From positions 320,410 to 384,409 of the forward strand of contig JBMORP010000006.1 of NCBI GenBank assembly GCA_049322655.1: a DNA stretch of 64,000 nt. The letters run 5' to 3'. The DNA is from Patescibacteria group bacterium. Lineage in GTDB: Bacteria > Patescibacteriota > Microgenomatia > UBA1400 > PJMF01. The notes beneath the pieces were generated by a model, which searched no databases, was not told where the DNA came from, and worked only from the letters and a program-made list of their open reading frames with translations. The translations under genes were made by a program, and so were the position numbers. Below, in pieces: positions 59,170-64,000 of this stretch (position 1 is the stretch's first letter; each line of letters opens with the position of its first letter).

Positions 59170-59298
59170 TTATAATAATATTGTTGTTGATATATAGTTA
59201 TATATTCTAGATATAGCCAAATGTCACTGATTAGATCTGAACTCAAGATCATAACTCTTAAATAAGACTTTTCCTTTTCGGAATGATAGTATTAATGT

Positions 59299-60348
59299 AT
59301 GAATAATAAAAACCAAGACCAGACTGTTACAAACTCCATAACCAATCAGCAACTACTTGATTATATCAAACAACAAATACAAGAAGGCGTATCACAAGAA
59401 ATTATTACGAGTAATTTAATTTCTAGAGGTTGGCAATTATCAGATATTAATGATGCATTTTCTAAATCATCCAATCAAATTTTTTCAAAACAGATAAATC
59501 CAACTTCTTCTATTGGCAATGCTTCTAAAAATATAAAAGCAACAATTAGTTTAGTTTTGGGAATTATTGGATTGATTGCTTGGCTTGTTCCTTTAATTGG
59601 TGCTCCTATAACCATTATAGGTCTTTTTTTGGGTATTATGGGCTTGAAATCTATAAAACGTAGCATGGCAATAGTTGGAATTGTTTTGAGCTCAATCGGT
59701 TTATTTGCAACTATTGTTAATGTTTCTATTGAGGCATATCAAGGAGAAGTAGGAAAAAATTACTTAATTAATAAATTTCTAAACGGTGAAAACTACAAAA
59801 AAAATATAGCTCAACCATCACCGCAACAATTACAACAACAAACGACCTCACAAAACAATGTTCCAGACACTTTAGAAAAACAACCTTATTACAACACAAA
59901 ACATGGTTTGAAACTAAATGTGCCAAAAGGATGGCGAATAGATGAAAGCGGACAATTTAATTTAATTGTGGCTTTCATTAACACTGAAACCGACTGGGAA
60001 AATTATCCTTCAAAAGAAGAAGCATTTCCATTTAATACAAACATTACTGTGGGATCTGAGTCTGCTCAAGGATATGACTTAGACGGTTATATAAATGTAG
60101 CACAAGAATCTTTTAAATTACTCACAGACTACAAATCAATTGAAAATAAAAAAGTAACAGTAAACGGTATGCAATCTCAAATCCTTGGTGGAACATTTAC
60201 ACAAGGAGGGGTTACGTTCAGAATTTTACAACTTGCTGTAGAAAAAAACGGACAAATATATGTAGTTACAGGAACAACCCTTGAATCAACCTGGAGTCAA
60301 TATAAAGATTTAATCGAATCATCCTTAATGACGTTAACCATAAATTAA
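59299..60348 (+). CDS. DUF4190-like membrane protein with C-terminal PsbP/DcrB-like domain
   Basis: Helical N-terminal cap (YIKQQ...G.S...I...L...GW); SLVLGIIG...GI.GL...MAI.GIVLS TMs; Y.N...G.KLNVPKGW. Confidence 0.7.
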   Translation: MNNKNQDQTVTNSITNQQLLDYIKQQIQEGVSQEIITSNLISRGWQLSDINDAFSKSSNQIFSKQINPTSSIGNASKNIKATISLVLGIIGLIAWLVPLIGAPITIIGLFLGIMGLKSIKRSMAIVGIVLSSIGLFATIVNVSIEAYQGEVGKNYLINKFLNGENYKKNIAQPSPQQLQQQTTSQNNVPDTLEKQPYYNTKHGLKLNVPKGWRIDESGQFNLIVAFINTETDWENYPSKEEAFPFNTNITVGSESAQGYDLDGYINVAQESFKLLTDYKSIENKKVTVNGMQSQILGGTFTQGGVTFRILQLAVEKNGQIYVVTGTTLESTWSQYKDLIESSLMTLTIN

Positions 60349-60395
60349 CTAAAAAAATAAAAATTAGCTATAAATGAAATCGAAAAATTTAACAA

Positions 60396-61154
60396 CTAAT
60401 TATCTTGTGAGTGATATATATTTTCAAAAAACTTCAATCTATTTTTAAAAGATTGATCCATATTTTCATCAAAATAAACAACCTTTATCCTCTTGGGAAA
60501 ATTGTCCAATAGCTCAAAACTTGACACCTCAGCAAACTTAAACCTAGCTTTATCAGGATTTTTGCCGGCTTTTAGCACTCTGCTACCATAGTGGTCAGAT
60601 AATTCTCCATTTGGCATACATATAATATTTATATTCAAGATATTTAATGTTTTATCTTCATATAATATTGTAATAAAGTAAGTTAAACATATTTTTTCAT
60701 TTTCCAATCCTTTGTTATAAAAAGTGGGCAGAGCTGGTTCATAAAATCTTTTTGGTTCAAAAGAGTTACCGTTGGCCTGTTTAATTTCCCCAAAGTAACT
60801 ATTTTGGTTTCTACCAACAAAGATACTGTCTGTTATATCTCCAATATTTCTTGTTTGCACTGTTTTTAAATCGATATGAATAAAGGCATCTTCAACTTCA
60901 AAAAACATATCAGAGCCAACTGGACAAGAGTTGGGTTGACCCACCCCTTTGCCATTCATTAACGCATACACTATTCTTTCGGCACCAACTGCAAAATCTG
61001 ATATCTCTGCCCCAAACTTACCATACCAATCATTTTTGATCTTTTCTTTAGTTCTAAAGCCGAACATCATTTCATCTTCGGCGTACTTCATCAAATAAAA
61101 AAACTTCTTTAAATATTTTTGTTCAATCTTTTCAATTTGTTTTTGAGTTAGCAT
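60396..61154 (-). CDS. Probable type II restriction endonuclease (PD-(D/E)xK, BglI/SfiI-like)
   Basis: Directly downstream of a C5 methyltransferase; PVGSD...HIDLKTV...VGRNQNS recalls BglI/SfiI active-site spacing (from memory, not searched). Confidence 0.7.
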   Translation of the reverse strand: MLTQKQIEKIEQKYLKKFFYLMKYAEDEMMFGFRTKEKIKNDWYGKFGAEISDFAVGAERIVYALMNGKGVGQPNSCPVGSDMFFEVEDAFIHIDLKTVQTRNIGDITDSIFVGRNQNSYFGEIKQANGNSFEPKRFYEPALPTFYNKGLENEKICLTYFITILYEDKTLNILNINIICMPNGELSDHYGSRVLKAGKNPDKARFKFAEVSSFELLDNFPKRIKVVYFDENMDQSFKNRLKFFENIYHSQDN

Positions 61155-61166
61155 AAGTTGTCTAAA

Positions 61167-62354
61167 TTAAATAATACTACTTTTAATTACTTTAGCTATT
61201 TTTTCTGCCAATAGCACTGGTACAGCATTCCCAATTTGTTTGTACATATTGCCAATGCTCCCATAAAATATAAAGTCATCTGGGAATGTTTGAATTCTAG
61301 CACACTCTCTAACTGACATCCTCCTTTTTTTGTTTGGATGTATCTCAGGACCTGTAGCGGTAATTGTATCGCTAGGCCTATCCCAATTACTAATTCTAAG
61401 AGATTGCTCAAATTTTATTTCTTTTAGTTCCAACTCAGTAACTTGTTTATCATATTTATCATCGAAACCAAGTAGTTTTTTTAACTCCCACCAATCTTCT
61501 GGCTTGGGAATACTTCCAGAGTTATTATCTTTCCTAAACCAATGTCCGGCTGTATGACTATACCCAAAATATTCATCAACTTTTTTAGTAGAAATTCCCT
61601 TTTTGTTTCGCCAGTATTTAAGATAATCACAAATATCGTGTTGATTAACTTTATGTTTTCTTCCCCAAAAGGTGTCGTGAACATTGGTTCTTGCAACATG
61701 ATTATGAATTAATTTATTTCCAATTTTAAAAGACTCATCTCTAGTTCTAATACTTTCTAGATCACCAACAACATCTTTAACACTAATATGTTTATTTTCA
61801 TGAGTTTTTCTGGGGAAAGGATTCTTCACTCCAATTCTATTACCAATAATAATAACTCTTTCTCTCTGTTGAGGCACACCATAGTCAGCAGAATTAATCA
61901 ATTTATAATCAACTACATAACCCAATTTTTTGAAATCATTAACTATCATTTCAATAACTTTGCCTTTGTGCATTGATAACAAGCCTTTTACATTTTCGGC
62001 TAGAAAAAACTTTGGTCTCTTATTATCAATTATTCTAAGCATTTCTTTGTATAAAAAATTTCGCTCATCTTTCATTGATCTTTTGCTATTAGCTATAGAA
62101 AAACCTTGACAAGGAAAACCACCCAATAAGATATCAAAACCATTAGGAATCTTCGAGTTATCAATCTTTGCTATATCTTCCAAAATAATATGGTCACCAA
62201 TGTTCTTCTTATAGGTTTCAACTGCTTCTGGAAAAAAATCATTGGCCCAAATTATTTCATAGCCGGCATTTATAAAACCCAAATCTAAACCACCACAACC
62301 AGAAAAAAGACTCAAAACCTTCGGTCTATTACTACTCTTTTTATTCATGATCAT
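61167..62354 (-). CDS. DNA (cytosine-5)-methyltransferase
   Basis: SLFSGCGG, GGFPCQGFS, ENVKG, YGVPQQRERV, R..SVRECARIQTFPD, KQIGNAVP. Confidence 0.96.
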   Translation of the reverse strand: MIMNKKSSNRPKVLSLFSGCGGLDLGFINAGYEIIWANDFFPEAVETYKKNIGDHIILEDIAKIDNSKIPNGFDILLGGFPCQGFSIANSKRSMKDERNFLYKEMLRIIDNKRPKFFLAENVKGLLSMHKGKVIEMIVNDFKKLGYVVDYKLINSADYGVPQQRERVIIIGNRIGVKNPFPRKTHENKHISVKDVVGDLESIRTRDESFKIGNKLIHNHVARTNVHDTFWGRKHKVNQHDICDYLKYWRNKKGISTKKVDEYFGYSHTAGHWFRKDNNSGSIPKPEDWWELKKLLGFDDKYDKQVTELELKEIKFEQSLRISNWDRPSDTITATGPEIHPNKKRRMSVRECARIQTFPDDFIFYGSIGNMYKQIGNAVPVLLAEKIAKVIKSSII

Positions 62355-62444
62355 TACAATCTACTACAATAAAATAACTTCTTCTACATCAAATAAAAAA
62401 TCAACCAGCAAAACTATTCTCTTAAAAAGATACTTACTTAACCT

Positions 62445-63689
62445 TTAACCAAACATCAACCATTCCGGTTTGAATAATAACAATAAGCCAATAATCAACA
62501 TCAAGACGCCTCCAATTAGGTGAGAAAATCTGGCATATTTACCTTGAATGCCAGTGACTCGAAGTGTAGTCATAGCCAAGAAAAAAATTAACAAATCGTC
62601 CAACATGAAAATTAAAATATACAATAATAAATAAAAGTAATATTGGATTGGTGATAAGCCTGATAAACTCAAAATTTGAGTATAAATTGCTGGTAAACCA
62701 GCAGAACAAACCAACTCAATCAAGTTTACACTTACCGCCAACACCATAATTCCAAGCACTGCCATTAATAAACTACGATTACTAATTACCTGTTTTAACT
62801 TATTAAAAAAATTACTTTTTTCTTTACCTCCGGTAACTTGACAAGCACCATCTTTATTGACCATAAAATCATACAAATAATAGCCGCCAGCACCCAACGC
62901 AATTAAACCAACCAATAATTTAACCCAACTCACCACTCCCAAAAATAAAAATAAATTCAACCAAGCTGCTAAAAATAAAAAGTAAACGGTTGCCGAAGCA
63001 AAAATAAATGCTCCACCCAAAATCAACATCTTTTTTCTATCTTCCATACCCAACAACAAACTAATTAGAAACAATAATGTCCACATGGCGCAGGGATTAA
63101 AACCATCCACTGCCGCTAACAAAATAGTAATGATTGGCAAAGAAAAAGTTTGGGGATTGATCTCTCCCAAAATAGGTAATTTAATTTTTTCAACATTTAA
63201 AGTTGTAGCAGTCGCTTCTATTTTTGGAGGTTTTTCTACAGATGGTTGTGGACTTTTTACTTGTTCAAGCAAAATAACTTTAGCTTGATCAACCAAGTCA
63301 TAATACTCACTAGCATCTGTTTGATAAGCAGTTAAAATATCAATAATTTTTCGGTCGGTAATTCCTTCAGCATAACCCACCACATATTGATCACCAATTA
63401 CTGTAAAAGGAACTCCTCCCACATCAGCTTGAAGCAACAAACTGGTTTGGTACATCAACTGACTGTTGTTTTGATTTTTATAAATTTCGTATTGTTTAAT
63501 TTCTAAATTAGGAAATTTTTTTATTACTTCCCGTTCCAAAAATTCCTTCTCTTTGGCACAATGAGGGCAACCCTCACCATAAAACAAATATAAAGTAATT
63601 TTGGCAGCTGGCTGCTGAGCAAGAGTTGGTTGTGCAAAAATAACCAAACCCAACAACATCAAAACCAAGAAAAATAATTTTTTTAACAT
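62445..63689 (-). CDS. Glutaredoxin/thioredoxin domain fused to CcdA/DsbD-like TM domain
   Basis: GCPHC, GVP, DGFNPCAMW, ELVCSAGLP. Confidence 0.85.
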   Translation of the reverse strand: MLKKLFFLVLMLLGLVIFAQPTLAQQPAAKITLYLFYGEGCPHCAKEKEFLEREVIKKFPNLEIKQYEIYKNQNNSQLMYQTSLLLQADVGGVPFTVIGDQYVVGYAEGITDRKIIDILTAYQTDASEYYDLVDQAKVILLEQVKSPQPSVEKPPKIEATATTLNVEKIKLPILGEINPQTFSLPIITILLAAVDGFNPCAMWTLLFLISLLLGMEDRKKMLILGGAFIFASATVYFLFLAAWLNLFLFLGVVSWVKLLVGLIALGAGGYYLYDFMVNKDGACQVTGGKEKSNFFNKLKQVISNRSLLMAVLGIMVLAVSVNLIELVCSAGLPAIYTQILSLSGLSPIQYYFYLLLYILIFMLDDLLIFFLAMTTLRVTGIQGKYARFSHLIGGVLMLIIGLLLLFKPEWLMFG

Positions 63690-63736
63690 CAGATTTTCTT
63701 ATTATAAACCTAATGTATAATACTCACTATTCCAAA

Positions 63737-63819
63737 GGAGGTGTCGCATAGTGGTCAATTGCACACGCTTGGAAAGCGTGAGCCTCACGGCTTCGCAGGT
63801 TCAAATCCTGTCACCTCCG
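63737..63819 (+). tRNA. tRNA-Ser(GGA)
   Basis: GGAGGTG/CACCTCC acceptor; CACGC-TTGGAAA-GCGTG; variable arm; G73. Confidence 0.95.
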
Positions 63820-63836
63820 CACGTAAAAAAATCGTG

Positions 63837-63851
63837 AAATTCTGTCACCTC
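63837..63851 (+). repeat. Copy of tRNA-Ser(GGA) 3' end
   Basis: AAATTCTGTCACCTC vs AAATCCTGTCACCTC at 63803-63817 (14/15). Confidence 0.6.
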
Positions 63852-63854
63852 AAC

Positions 63855-64000
63855 TCACTCAACCAACTTTTTTATCTCTGCAATATTTTCCTCTACCACT
63901 TGTTCACCTATAGCAATTAGTTGCTCAGCTTTACCAAGAAAGTTACTAAATACATTATAGTTTTTACTTTCTGGAATATCTGGATAAAGAACAAAATCGG
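63855..64000 (-). CDS. C-terminal end of a CDS entering from the right, possibly a patatin-like phospholipase
   Basis: Manual translation ...DFVLYPDIPESKNYNVFSNFLGKAEQLIAIGEQVVEENIAEIKKLVE*. Confidence 0.5.
   Translation of the reverse strand, partial: DFVLYPDIPESKNYNVFSNFLGKAEQLIAIGEQVVEENIAEIKKLVE

Noticed and set aside
11433-63288. Numerous 60-95 aa ORFs antisense to or nested in long genes
   Set aside because: Shadow ORFs of well-supported genes with no independent motifs or expression signals.

Overview
AT-rich bacterial chromosome segment. The gene content suggests a Patescibacteria/CPR (probably Microgenomates-like) genome; this is inferred, not searched. It uses standard code 11, since RF2 is present and TGA acts as a stop. 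Core genes are rpoD, map, an M29 aminopeptidase, secG, rny, recA, bcp, ftsEX, prfB, a murF/DegT/FemAB cluster and greA. Accessory content includes a signalling cluster, glycosyltransferases and a type II restriction-modification pair. There are six tRNA genes: Asn-GTT, Pro-GGG and four Ser (TGA, GCT, ACT, GGA). Highlights: (1) an intact tRNA-Ser with a predicted promoter and the normally absent anticodon ACT (A34 in the split Ser/Arg box), next to a normal tRNA-Ser(GCT); (2) two GC-rich lipoprotein cassettes with sigma70-type promoters, structured 5' leaders and strong Shine-Dalgarno (SD) sites, bounded by a repeated TTATAGG-N3-AATTT motif, whereas many other genes look leaderless; (3) downstream copies of tRNA 3' ends enclosing small inserts with no integrase in view; (4) a circularly permuted M23 peptidase after ftsEX; (5) a Cache-type sensor with no output domain beside an Ig-like/thioredoxin-fold surface protein. 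All calls are by eye; no searches or folding programs were run.
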